A stretch of 64,000 bases of DNA from Ginglymostoma cirratum (Eukaryota), in contig JAHRHZ010000271.1 of the NCBI GenBank assembly GCA_024137785.1, positions 18,211,151 to 18,275,150 on the forward strand. The letters are read 5' to 3'. Positions 12,382 to 24,848 of the stretch are shown here, one piece after another. The notes beneath the pieces were generated by a model. That model ran no database searches, was not told where the DNA came from, and was given only the letters and a program-made list of their open reading frames with translations. Position numbers and translations under genes: made by a program. Every line of letters starts with the position of its first letter. The first letter of the stretch is position 1.

Positions 12382-12730
12382 GGGGTGGCACAGTGTCTCA
12401 GTGGTTAGCACTGCTGCCTCACAGTGCCAGGGATCTGGGTCCAATTCCAGCCTTGGACGACTGTGTGGAGTTTGCACATTCTCCCCGTGTCTGCGTGGGT
12501 TTCCTCCAGGTGCTCCAGTTTCCTCCCACAGTCCAAAGGTGTGCAGGGTAGGTGGATTGGCTATGCTAAATTGCCCGTAGTGTCCAGGGATGTTTAGGTT
12601 AGGTAGGTTAGACAAGGGAAATGCAGGGGTAGGGGAATGGGTCTGGGTGGAATGCTCTTTGGAGGGGTGGTGGGGACTTGTGGGCTGAATGGCCTGTTAC
12701 CACATTGTAGGGATTCTATGATTCTATGAA
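12382..12730 (+). mobile_element. HE1-type tRNA-derived V-SINE, full length
   Basis: tRNA-like head ggtggcacagtgtctcagtggttagcactgctgcctcacag, V-domain tgtgtggagtttgcacattctccccgtgtctgcgtgggtttcctcc, and tail gattctatgattctatga. Confidence 0.92.
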
Positions 12731-14400
12731 CATTTGTTTAGCGTAATTAAGAGTTCCAAGGTACTTCACAGGAGGGTGTCAAGCAAAACTTGACATTGAG
12801 TCACATATTGCTTTAGGTCATCTGCCCAATATTTCCTTATCAAAAAGGTAGATTTCAAGGAGTAATGTGAAACAGGGGAATTCAAGGCAGAGTGTCTTAG
12901 GAAAGGAATTCCAGAGCTTAACACTTGGAGAGTTGAAGGTTATGTTACTAATGGGTAAACTATTAAAAACAGATTCACAGCAAGTTAAAATTGGAAGAAT
13001 GCAAAGAGCTAAACACATGCGCGTACGCATGCACACCACCATTAATGAAACGTCCAAGCTGATAAACTGGGCCCAGAAGACACATGAATGAGGCAGCCCT
13101 TTCATCAAACTGTTTTCACAGAGCATTTGCAGGTTTTTTTGTTGCCCACTGCATTTCTCACAGGACTGATAAAAAAGTGAGTCATTTATGCAAGCTAAAA
13201 CTAGGCAGCAGAAGTGTCATTTAAAGGGATTGCCATGTGGCCATGTTTGAATGTACTAGCAGGTTCTACAGGGGAAGGTGACAACATCTGTGAGATAATT
13301 AATGACTTCTTTGAAATCTCAAAAAATTAATAGTAAAAATTGATTCTGAGGTCAGGGCCTTTACAATTCTAATGGCAACTGGCGCATTATCTTTTTGCTG
13401 GATCATGTATGCTGGAGTATGGATACCCATAATCCACATGTTGTATGTTCACACTAAGGTGTGATGCATATTCTGCTGTGAATGTAGCTGCAAAAGAAGT
13501 TCAACATTATATTTTGTATTAACTCTCTATCTCAAAGTCACGAGTTGACTATATTTTGAGATCTAAAAGACAGGCATGACAAGCTGGTCCTATTAATAGC
13601 TGCAGGATTGGAAACAGGACAGCTTATAGTAGGGAAATAGCTTTTGATGCATCTACAGTGGCCCTCATTCCTACTGGGCAGACTCAATTTGGCCATCTGA
13701 TGCTTGGTTGGCCCAGAGACAATGGGAGTGGGAGTTATTATACTCCTCCATATCTGTTCCACTTCTCTCATCCTGCCAAGAAATATGAAATATCACCCAG
13801 AGTTTTTTGGGGGAATGTAGGGCTGGAGGGGGTCACAGACCTCGAGAGCTATGAGGCCGGTAAGTGATTTGAAAACAATGTTTTGATTTAATTGATTTAA
13901 TTTTTGCATCCCTGTCAGGCCAGAATGGATGCGGGTCAGTGAACATAGGCGATGGGTGACTGTGACTTGGGATCTGTAGGGATGTGTGCAGCTGATGTTT
14001 GGATATGTTCATTTGTAAGGAATGTGCCAAATGGGAGGCTATCAAGTCCAGCATTGGGACATTTGAGACTAGATGTAACCTAGACAATCAGTGAGGGTTT
14101 TGGCAGCAGATGAGCTGAAGCTGTGTTGAAGACTGTCAGTGTAACAGAGTTGGAACTTAGTGATGGTGTGGATATGGTGTTGGAAACTCACTATGGGGTA
14201 AGATAGGTCTCTGAGTTTGTGGACAGTCAGACTTAGCTACAGACTGTGGCAAGGGAAGATGAATGTAATTAGTGTCTGGGACTGTAATGTTTTAGTCTTC
14301 CTTAGCTGGAGGAAATTTTTGCTCATTCAGCACTAGATGTCTAACAGCAACGTGAGAAATCAGAAGCAGTGGAAGAGTCGAGAGGTAGTGATGAAGTAGA

Positions 14401-14601
14401 GATAACAAGACGTGGGGCTGGATGAACACAGCAGGCCAAGCAGCATCACAGGAGCAGGAAAACTTGACGTTTCGGGCCTAGACCCTTCATCAGAAATGGG
14501 GGAGGGGAAGAGGGTTCTGAAATAAATAGGGAGAGAGGGGGAGGCGGATAGAGGATGGATAGAGGAGAGGATAGGTGGAGAGGAGGCAGACAAGTCGAAG
14601 A
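14401..14601 (-). mobile_element. Penelope-like pseudo-LTR fragment (young)
   Basis: Near-identical reverse complement of about 26990-27198. Possible TSD gaagtaga at 14393-14400 and 14602-14609. Confidence 0.9.
14466..14493 (-). ncRNA. Minimal type I hammerhead ribozyme motif (Penelope-associated)
   Basis: The minus strand reads CTGATGA-A-GGG-TCTAGG-CCC-GAAA-CG-TC: both catalytic boxes, stem II, palindromic ACGT stem III and a GUC cleavage triplet. Confidence 0.8.
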
Positions 14602-17600
14602 GAAGTAGAACTATCAACATACGTATGGAATTCAAAATGTCTTTAAATATCGTTGAGGGGCAGCATAACAATGAAAAATAGCTGTGGGTTGGGAATTCCT
14701 GCAGTGGTGGCACACCACAAGTGTAAGCTATTTATTTTTTCTTGACTTGAAGTCCAGGCACAAAGGTGCCTGGTCCAGTGCAAATGTGCTGGTTGAAGAG
14801 CAAATCCAAGCAATGGTATGGTGCAATGGTCAGTAACACAAGATTCACGTCCTCACCCTCCTGTTTGGTCTGACCTTCTCACTTGTGGTTTCTAGTATCC
14901 TCTGGTTTGCTGATAAGTAAAATGAGTCAGGTTGTTTTTATTTTTAATCACCTCTGGTGTGTTGTGAGGATCTTGAGCCTGATGCAGTGAATGGGTCAAG
15001 ATGGATCAAGAATGCTCAGCGTCAGTCATACCAGAGACCACAAGGCATCTTCTGAACTATATAATTTACCATTTTTCCTCACTTTTCCTTATCCATACAT
15101 GAGAGTAATTTGTTTCCCATTTCCAATCTGGCAGCATGCTTCAAAATAGAATTAATCGCCCTGTGCCAGCGTGTTTTTCTATGTTTCACCAATTTCCTTT
15201 CAACATGTACTCAGGTCAGAAACAAAATTGTGGAGTGATAATTATGCATGCCATTTAGAACATTTGTGACCATTTTGAAATCAGCTCCAAGCTCCAGGTA
15301 CTGTTTTCATTATGCTTTCTGCAGCCTTAACATTTATGCATACTCTTCATTGTGGTATTTACATATAAAAATGATATTTTTGTATATGCATTGTACTTTT
15401 GTTATTTATTACCTACCTTGAAATGGTGATCAACAGAGTTTGCTGTTTTTAGAAAGTAGAATTGCATTGTTTTGGAGGTTCATCCCTGCTATTACAGTTT
15501 TATTTGTTTTCTGACTTGATATAGTATTGATAGTAGGGAAAATAAACATTTGATTCTTCCAGATTTCAAAATGGCCAAACCCTTCTATTCTATTTGGAAC
15601 TTTTGGTCTGTTGCAAGCCTTCTGCTAGGGAAACAGCTCATCAATGAGTGAATGTGAACCTTAAAATTGTTTAGACATTTTGAAGCAATTAACTGAAAAT
15701 TGTGAGGATTCCACTACTAATGCTGAAATAGTTAACAGCTAATCAGACCAGAAACGAATATCAAAGAAGACAGACGGAATTACATCAAAGTAATTAATTT
15801 TTAGAGTTCACATCCCTTTGTAAGATACATTTTATGGTTAAGATGTCTGATAATTTCTTTCTTTCACACAGGATGTATTGTTGTAATGGCTATTTTGTTA
15901 TCTTAATGCCACTGGTGATCCAAGCTGATAGCCCGCAAAAAGCTGCCTTGTGGGTGGGTTTTCATGCCTGTGGTTTTCAATGAGACAAATATTGTTAACC
16001 ATTTTATCTTGACATTTGTACCACCCGCAAGTAGAATTAAAGATAATCTTGATCTTTTTAGATAAATACATGATCGTATGTATTGCATTATAAACCAGTT
16101 TGATAAACAAAGCTTTACGACATAGGCGTGATCAAACTGACCGAAACTCTCAGTTTTATTTAATCTGAAACTGAGCTCTTTTCTGGTCACACAAAACAGC
16201 GCGAGTACTGTACCAAACAGTTGGACAGGCATAAGTGACCACTCTTTTAAAGACTATGGCTATAATGGACCAAATTTTATTTCTTTGCTTTGAAATTCAG
16301 TGATTTTCCATTCTTATTACTTAGAAAAGGACTTCTATTTTTTAAAAAGCTTTCTTTTTATATTTTGCCTCTTCTCATAATTTTTATTTATCCTGACTCA
16401 ATTTATTTAGTTTTATTTTATTTGAAGCCCTTATCTCAGGCAGACTCTATTTTTGTTTTATATTAAGCCTGCAATTGCAAGGTTAATTCCATTTTCTGAT
16501 TTACAATTTGGTATTGACACAACAGTTTACATTAAATCTGAAGTATTTGATGAGGATGCATTAAGACCAGCTAAAGCACGACCTGTACGTATATGTATGG
16601 TGCAGTAATTGTAACTATTTTGCTTTTGCGTCTGAAAGTGGCATTGGGTGATTGATGGCTGTTTGGCATTCATGTCTTCTGCTGTCTCTGAGATATTGCA
16701 TGAACAGTTGTTGAAGTGCTTTCCTAATCAAATGTATCACAAATGTGATAGAGAGCAAAGCATCCACAGCAGTCTGATCTCTACTTCAGAAGCATAGTCC
16801 TCTGTGATTTTTGTTTTCAAAAAGAACTTCTCACACTAGGCATTTACCCTTCTTTCAGTTGTGTTGAATTATGGGTTTATAAATGGTCAAATTTGGGTTA
16901 TCTAACTGTTAGTTTGGGATCCAATTTAATGACAGAAAGAAGAGATTTATTTCTTCAAACTTTAAGGGATATCCAGTGTCAAAGGCATCAGCAGTACACC
17001 AGTACGTTGCCCTAGGCAACATCATGTATGAAGCTTGACAGATAATGTTGGTAGGCAATTTAACTGAAGCACGCATCAAAACTGAGCCCAAACCAACATT
17101 TTCCAGCAGAGTTGGATTGATGGCAACGAGAAGTGGGAAACTTTGCTAATTACTTTTCTTCCAGCCTACCTAAGAATATTAAAGGATATAGATTACGTCA
17201 TGTAGCTCAGCGTATGTTGAAAGTAGAGCCTAGGACATGCTGTATGTTCTGGTGTTCCAGCATAAAGTGCCTTTACCGATTTAGACTGTCAAGGTCTCAA
17301 TTGCTTCTTTAAATCTCTTACTTGAATATCTCAATTAAAGGGCTCCAGTCTGCATTCGTTGATTTTCATATGAGTAAAAAATAATTCTGCTTCAACAATG
17401 ATTTGCTCAAGTACAGCATTTAGAGAAAGATTCAGCAGAGAGAATTGATTTAGTGATGGGGTTCAAAGGTGATGGATTGGTGTTTTGTCCATAAGTGGTA
17501 AATAGCCAATTGAACAGGTCCAATGACCTATGAAGGCTTCTTATGGGAAGTCAATTAGAACATTTTAGTTCAAATCCCAGCAGCTCCTGAGACATTTGGG

Positions 17601-18144
17601 ACTTGGCAGTTTCCATGGAGTGGACTCCTGGTGGTGGACTGAAGGGCCAATATACTCCAGTCAGTGTTTGAGGCAATCTCTGTGTATCTGTACAGATGCA
17701 GCGAGAGATCGCTCTGTGGAAGGGTTTGCAAACCTAGCTGCTGAGGCTATTTTTCAAGTTAAGAGTTTTAAAATGTGCGGAGAATGCACCTCAAACTAGA
17801 AATGCCCCTCTGTCTCTGACCTGAAGTCCTTCATCTCACAGGGCTTAATTGGTCAAGCCAACTTCCTTAACTAGATGGTAAACTCATTCTCGAGCCACTA
17901 ATCGGTCAATTTGAAAAATTGCTTCCAGATGAAGTGTTTTCTGCACAATAAAGGGCTGAGACCCTCATTTAACCCTCCCCTTGGTATCTTGACCCAAAAT
18001 CCTGCCCAGTGGCTTTAGTCTTTCCAAACCTCAGCTGTGAAAAGGTTGCAGCTTATCGAAGACTAGATTTCAGGCATACAATATGACAAAGTGTAATGGT
18101 TGAAAAGGATAATAGAGAAAAAAGCTTGTGACTTTAGGAGATAC

Positions 18145-18310
18145 AATGGATGTAGTGATTATATTGGTGAATCTGTACTCCAAACGTCTTGAATAATGAT
18201 CCAGAGGAATGAGTTTGGATCCAAACAAGACACCTGAGAATTTGAATTCAATTAATTAAATAGGTCTGGATTATAAAATTCTTTTCAGTCATGGTGACAA
18301 TGAAACTACT
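18145..18310 (+). mobile_element. Degenerate SacSINE1-like Deu-SINE 5' part
   Basis: Decayed tRNA head with a B-box-like atgagtttggatcc, followed by gaatttgaattcaattaattaaataggtctggattataaaa...catggtgacaatgaaactac, homologous to 42710-42800. Confidence 0.6.
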
Positions 18311-19107
18311 TGACTTAAGGAATGTACTAAGTGACAGCAGCTTCAATGAACAGGGCAGAGAGGCATCAGATGACCATATCAACCGTTCATAGAGGACCGG
18401 AAGCATATTGCACCATGCTCACAATGATAGAAAATATTGTATTCTGAGATCGTATCAATGGTCTGTAGAAACCTAATTTGAAAGATACAAATGCAGTAAA
18501 GTAGGTAAACAAAAGATTTAATTGAATTGTGTAACAACAGAACAAGGAGAAATGAGTGTTAGGAATACAGGGGAAGAGACTATGATTAGCTAATGAAAGA
18601 CATGACATTACCTCAAAGCTTTAATTTAAAACCAAAGCCAATTATGCAGTGCAGTGGAAGACCATTGGCAGCAAAGGAATGTTCTTTGCATTCTGCTGTT
18701 GGTTTTAAGTGAAAGATATTTGAGTTATTCATTTTGCAGATAAAATGCACTCTATCTTAATAATGCTTGAGCATATTAACAATTTTTAGCATGAATTTCT
18801 ATCCATCAGTAGACATCTTGCAGTTGAGAGGAACATTCTATATCTAATTTGCAAATGTATTCTGAAGATCTGATGGAATTTGAATTTAATAATAATAATA
18901 GTAATAAACACACACTGTCCATTTGAACTATTGTATTCAAAGAGGTGATATTTCTTACCTTTTTTGATGAATAATTGCAGAAAACTATTGTCCATCTCTT
19001 TTGATGACTTGAATTCAGATCGGAAACTCTTTAATGTGCTTCCAGTCTTCCAATGAAGATTGCGGTGTGAATGTACGTGTCACACTGGTTATGTATAAGT
19101 AAATACA

Positions 19108-19612
19108 TAATTCATGGGATGTGGGCATTGTTGGCTGTGCCAGTGTTTTTTGTCCATCCCTAGTTAGCCTGGGGAAGGTGGCGATGAGCTGCCTTCTTGA
19201 GCCGCTACAGCCCTTGTGATGTAGGGACACCTTTCGTGCTTTATGAAGGGACTTCCAGGATCTTTATCTAGTAAAGGAATAGCAATACAATTTTTGGTCA
19301 GGATGGTATGTGGCTTGCGTCTGCTGCCCTCGTACTTTTAGTTGGTCATTGATTTGGAAGAGGCAGATGGAGGAGCTTTGGCGAGTAACTGTGGTGCATC
19401 TTGTAGATTGTACACACTGGTGCCATATGCATCAGTGGTGAAGGCTACGCATGTTGAAAGTGGTGGATGGATGTGAATAAAGTGGGGTGCTCTGTCCTGG
19501 ATGGTGTCAAGCTTGGGTGTTGTTGGAACTGTACACACTCAGGCAAGTGTTGAACATTCCATCACACCCCTGACTTGTACTTTACAGATGGTGGACAGAC
19601 ACTGGGGAGTTT
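19108..19612 (-). mobile_element. Family-B LINE 3' fragment
   Basis: Starts with the reverse complement of the 463-795 tail (attcatgggatgtgggcattgttggctgtgccag...). The minus ORF 19338-19538 has PTTPKLDTIQDRA. Confidence 0.75.
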
Positions 19613-21855
19613 CAGGTACTGTTAAATCCCAAAGTAACTAATTTTCATAAAAACCAATGCTCATATGTGGTGTTCGCATTTTTTATAGTGTAGAATTACT
19701 GACTCAACAAGTCCTATCATTTAAAAAACATTGCTAGTAGGGCGGGGAAAGTCAAGCTATTAAATCATCTGAACACATTTTAGTGAATAGTATGAAATGT
19801 TGAACTCTTGCAAATAGTGTTTGATTCTGTAATCACAATATTCACTTAAATTTTAAAATTTTATTATTAATCCTTTTTCTATCACTGATCCAGAATGTCG
19901 TTAATTATGTGTGTAAAATCTTCAGATGATTTCCACCAGAAATTAGTGATAAAATGTATTTAAAATTGCCTTTGAAAATCATGGGCATGAATTCCAATTG
20001 TGGGAAAATGTATGTCCTTTTAAAATGTGAAAGACATGAAGCTGCAAAATCTGAATGGCTAAGGATGTTATTTTTAAAGAATATTTATATAATATTAAGT
20101 ATAGTATGCCACCATTTTAAAAGTATGTATATTTTTAAAGTACATTTTAATTGCAGTAAATTAGACTTAACGAATCCTCTTAAGTCTTATTTGCATGTCT
20201 GGCTCATTAAATCTACGGAATGAAAGTACATTTTGTGGTTCTTTGTGGCGTTATTGTGGTCAGTTATACAAGCCAAAATTTCTGTTCTTGGATTTTTGTC
20301 ATGCTAGGTCAGCAATCCCACAGACCTGTAGAATCCTGGCTCTAACGTGTAACTTGTTATTTGTCACTGAAATGAAAATTGTGTTTGTTATTAATGCACA
20401 AATGTAAATAATTCTGGATCGAGAATGAAGAAGTATGCACAGTGTTATTTAGGATATGGCAATATAAGATTTTACCTTTAGAAACTTAATGTTGATTAAG
20501 TTGAACCAGATTAGCCTTGAGATTGATCTATGTAGCAGTTTGTAATTGTAATCTGTCATTGTTTTTGACATTTCACAAGTTTGCCAAGTCTTTTGCAGCT
20601 TAAATGCTATCAGAATAGCTTAAAACAGAGTATTACTTTTGTCTGCTAACGCGCAATGATTTCTACCAATTTGCATCATACAATTGCCAGAATGGTGTGC
20701 AGTTATGGAGTGCAATTACACTTCAGTACCTCTTTAAACAGAAGGTTTAGGAAGTACTTAGTGCAAGATGTTCCACTGTACACTCGGGTTTCATTCTCCC
20801 CCGCTTTACAAAATAGCCCTCGAGATATCATCATGTTGTTCTTCCACTGGGAGAGTCTGTTGCCTAGCCCAACCTCATCTTCACATATGTAAGTAAGGAT
20901 CCACGCGCGCACACATGCACACATTTCAACAGTAGTTTCTGGATAGCAGTCAGGAGCAGGAAGCCTGGCTGGCTTCTCTCTCATTCTGTCCAATAAAAAG
21001 GCATTAACACCAATTACACTGTCGAATCACCGTCCTAATAAAGATAAGCTAGTTCCAAATGGGGCAATGATTGAACCTAAATTTTCCTGGTTTGTGTCTC
21101 AAATGTACACAGGACTTCCTGACCCAATTATTAGCGAATCTTTGCTGAAGTTTTAAAGGACCTTCTACAGCAATGGAATAATTATCATAATGTTGGAAAA
21201 CTACTTTTCCCTTTTTTGTTTGGTGAGGTGTTCTATTGCAATATTAAGAAAGAGAATAATAGATTTCTACATGTTTGTAGCCTGGGTTTATTTCCATTAC
21301 TTTGCTAAACTGATGTAGAAATTTGGCCTATTATATTATTTGCCCTGGAATCTGGTGGACAATTAGTGAGATATTGACAATTTTAGGGGCACACAGTAAA
21401 AATGTAAAGTGTTAAATAATTGGGCAAGGTCTCATATATACAATTGTCTAACTGACTGGATATTATAAAAATTATGATTATTTTGGCTGTTTGAACTAAT
21501 TTCAACTTTATCACTATTTGTATTCCGTTCTGGGATACTTTCACTGTTTAAGCATAACATTTGTCTTTGCCTTTTTGAATCTTTTTCTGTCTGGCTTTAT
21601 TCCAGTCCCACCACTGAAACCAGCCTAGGCAAATATCCAGTGTAAGTGCGATTGTGAATTTTTATCCTCTTTCATTGCCTCATCCTTTTCACAGCCTTCA
21701 ATATAGTAAGACACACCATGCTGATTTATCACTCTACAATGCAACTTCAAAAAAGTACCTGTTTCAAATTTCGTTGTTACCTATTCCCTGCACCCCGATG
21801 CCAGTGATCCCAACACACCTCTAATATTAGATTCACCTCTTATGCCTGCATAGTT

Positions 21856-22186
21856 GGGCGGCACGGTGGCTCAGTGGTTAACACTGCTGCCTCATATCGA
21901 CCCGGGTTCGATTCCATCCTTGGATGATGGTCAGTGTGGAGTTTGTACATTCTCCTCGTGTTTGTGTGGCTTTCCTCCAGGTGCTCCGGTTTCCTCCCAC
22001 AGTGCAAAGATGTGCAGTTTAGGTGAATTGGCCATGTTAAATTGCCCACAGTGTTCAAGGATATATAGAATAGGTGGATTACAGGGGGACGGGTCTGGGT
22101 GGGATCCTCTGAGGTTTGGTGTGGACTTGTTGGGCCGAAGGGCCTGTTTCCACACTTTGTAGAGACTCTATGGTATGATTCTATGA
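21856..22186 (+). mobile_element. HE1-type V-SINE inserted in an old L2-like fragment (about 21590-22700)
   Basis: Head gggcggcacggtggctcagtggttaacactgctgcctca, B box ggttcgattcc, V-domain, and tail ctctatggtatgattctatga. Confidence 0.92.
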
Positions 22187-23297
22187 TAGTTTGGTTTGAG
22201 TCAAAGTACCAATCTTCCTCCATCCATAGCACCCAAAACCCAATTCGTTGCTCTATTTTGTTGCCGACTCAACCTGAATTAATGGTGGATAACTGCCCCT
22301 TTGCTAACCAGATAAGTTTCAAAACTCACATCCTTTCTAACTTAAAACTACCTTTTTTCCATCTCAGAAATATTACCTTCTTGATTTCTCGTTTCTCAAG
22401 TGGCATTTACATTCTCAATTACCTCTTTGTTTCTCAGGAATTGACAATTGACGTTGATCCACGCAGAATTCAAAAGCTGTACTCTCTGTAAATACCAGTT
22501 GGTCCAACACTTCAACTTTTGCATCCAAGCTCAAATGAAATCATAGTAAAATATCAGCATTGTTCTCAGCACCATCTGTTGCCTCCCATTCCAAATCAAT
22601 TCATTTAAAATTCTCATTCTTATTTACAAGTTTCTTGGTGGGCTTAATGTACTCAATCCTGTAACAAATCCTATTTCTTGGCACCGTCCTTAATACTTTT
22701 GTGCTTGAACAGCTATCCTTCCAGTTCCCCTGTATTTTTGATTCTTATTCCTGTTTGTGACTTCTCCCTCTATTCCAGGAGATATGCTATCTTGGTGTGT
22801 CATGCTCGTCTGTTCTCTCGTATCCCCTGTTTGCTTGTTTGCACCCACTCTGTGATTTAACTGTACCTAGCTTGATCTTCTCTTACTGCTGTTCACTTAC
22901 TAGAATTCTCTGCAGATTTTCATCTGTGAGTAAATGGCTGAAATACTGACTTTTCATTTTTGGATGTCACCATGTCTATTTAAAGCACTTATTTATTTCT
23001 CTTACAGTTTGTGTTTGGAATTTTATGCAATTTGTCTTAGCAGCAATTCACAATTCAGAGCACTCAATTTTTTTCCCTAAACTTTTATTATTGTCTGAGG
23101 CATACAGGAAACTGGATAGAATGAAATATCTTATGAGTTTGTATTTTTTTTAACTTGTTAGAAGCTTGAATTCTTGTGCTGTTAATATACCCTTCATCTT
23201 CACAACACGGCTTCTGGCTATCTCTGTCCTTCTCACTTCGGCAGCTTGTCCATCACCTTCTGGCAGCCTTTGTCCTAAATAGACAAATTTTTATTTT

Positions 23298-24088
23298 CAT
23301 TTGTTCATTGGATGTGGGCATTCCTGGCCGGACCAGCCTTTATTGCCTGTCCCTGGTTGCCCTTGAGAAGGTGGTGGTGAGCTGTATTATTGAGCAGCTG
23401 CAGTTCTTGGGGTGTAGGGACACCTACATTGCTATTAGATAGGAAATTCTGTTGTTTTGAAACAGTGACAGTGAAGGAATAGAGACATGGTTCCAACCCA
23501 GAATAATGTAGGGTTGAAGGGAAACTTGAGGTGTTGGTGCTTGCATGTATTTATTCCCATGTCCTTCCAGGTGGTGGAGATCATGGGTTTGGAGAATGCT
23601 GTAGAAGGAGCATTGGTGAATTGCATCTTATAAATGGTACGTGCTGCTGCCACGTTGTGTCGGTGGTGGAGGGAGTGAATTTTGAAGATGCTGGGTTGGG
23701 GAGCCTAATCAAGTGGGCTGCTTTATCCTGGATGATTTGAGATTTTTTTTTACAATTATTGGAGTTCCACTGAGGCAAATGGAGTGTATTCTATCACACC
23801 TCTGCCTTAGGCCGTGTAAATGGTATTCGGGGTTTGAGGACTCAGGAGTTGAGTTACTTGCCTCAGAATTCCTAGCCTTTGACCTATTCTCCCAGCCACA
23901 GGGGCAATATTTATATGACTGGTCCAGTTTATCAGGAGTTTCAGAGATTGTAAGGGTGATGGCACTGCCATTGAATGTCAAGTGGAGATGGTTAGCTCTT
24001 CTTTTGTTGGGCATTGTCATTGCCTGGCATTTGTGTGTCGCAAATATTATTTGCTATTTATCGGCCAAAGTCTGGATGATGTCAAAAT
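23298..24088 (-). mobile_element. Family-B LINE 3' fragment
   Basis: Same tail as 463-795 on the minus strand. The minus ORF 23581-23778 has IIQDKAAHLI. Confidence 0.75.
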
Positions 24089-24426
24089 CCAGTGTAATAC
24101 CAAAATCATCAATCTTCATACTAGTTTCTACCAATGCATCCTTCTAACTAACGTTTCTTTTGTCTTTTTGGTGTTCAATCTCAATCCTTATTCTAAATTT
24201 TTAGATTTTACTTGACCTATGATATTTTGTAGATACTCTTTTGATTCTGCAAGTAGCACTGTGTTTTCAGCGTACCAGAAGTTTGTCAAATTTGTGGCAC
24301 TCATTTGTGATAGACTCTTCAAATATCATGCAACTACGTTACAGATGTGTTCCTGAATGCCGCCTCCATGTTTCACTCTTTCCAATGTTTAAAAGCCTTC
24401 TCACAAACCATCTCCTAGATTTTCAA

Positions 24427-24590
24427 GATAACAAGGTGTACAGCAGGCCAAGCAGCATCAGAGGAGCAGGAAGGCTGACATTTCGGGCCTAGACCAACCT
24501 CCCTGCTCCTCTGATGTTGCTTGGCCTGCTGTGTTCATCCAGATCTACACCTTGTTATCTCAGATTCTCCGGCATCTGCAGTTCCTACTC
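24427..24590. mobile_element. 164-bp Penelope-derived fold-back (head-to-head pLTR pieces) with a 16-bp TSD
   Basis: TSD tctcctagattttcaa at 24411-24426 and 24591-24606. The left arm (gataacaaggtgta-cagcaggccaagcagcatcagaggagcagg) pairs with the right arm (cctgctcctctgatgttgcttggcctgctg...tacaccttgttatc). Confidence 0.9.
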
Positions 24591-24797
24591 TCTCCTAGAT
24601 TTTCAATTTAGGTGGCACACAGTACAGGGATTACGAAGCTTCTTGGGATTTTTCTTTTTCTTTTTGGCAACATGATAGTTACTGTATAAGTAGAAGTTTA
24701 TTTTTATGTTGACCCCTGTGAAAAATGAACAGCTTGGTGTACCAAAAACACACCACCACTGCTTTGCATTCTAATTATGTTTTCCATGGAATTCCAG

Positions 24798-24848
24798 AAA
24801 GGTGAAACGTCAGGAACAAAAAAACCCAGAGGTAGACCAAGAAAAAGG
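24798..24848 (+). CDS. HMGA-family internal exon B, a second copy of the third-AT-hook module, KGETSGTKKPRGRPRKR (HMGA2-like sequence)
   Basis: Acceptor ...atgttttccatggaattccag and consensus donor AGG|gtaagc. The exon is 51 nt, phase 0/0, and aligns without gaps to HMGA2 exon 3 (KAEATGEKRPRGRPRKW) and to exon A (33/51 nt, 9/17 aa). Confidence 0.8.

Larger units (their letters stand above)
13790..14720 (-). mobile_element. Degenerate L2-like LINE fragment interrupted by a Penelope pLTR
   Basis: Decayed L2-type ORF2 sequence on the minus strand (e.g. ttcccttagctggaggaaatttttgctcattcagcactagatgtc), continuing after 14610. Confidence 0.45.

Noticed and set aside
12382-12460. tRNA-like sequences at 12382, 21856, 42648 and 56750
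   Set aside because: They are SINE heads that continue into SINE bodies, with no complete cloverleaf.
14360-14713. Recurring peptide LPIYFRTLFPSPISDEGSRPETSSFPAP in several ORFs, suggesting a small gene family
   Set aside because: It is the translation of the non-coding Penelope pLTR and hammerhead region.
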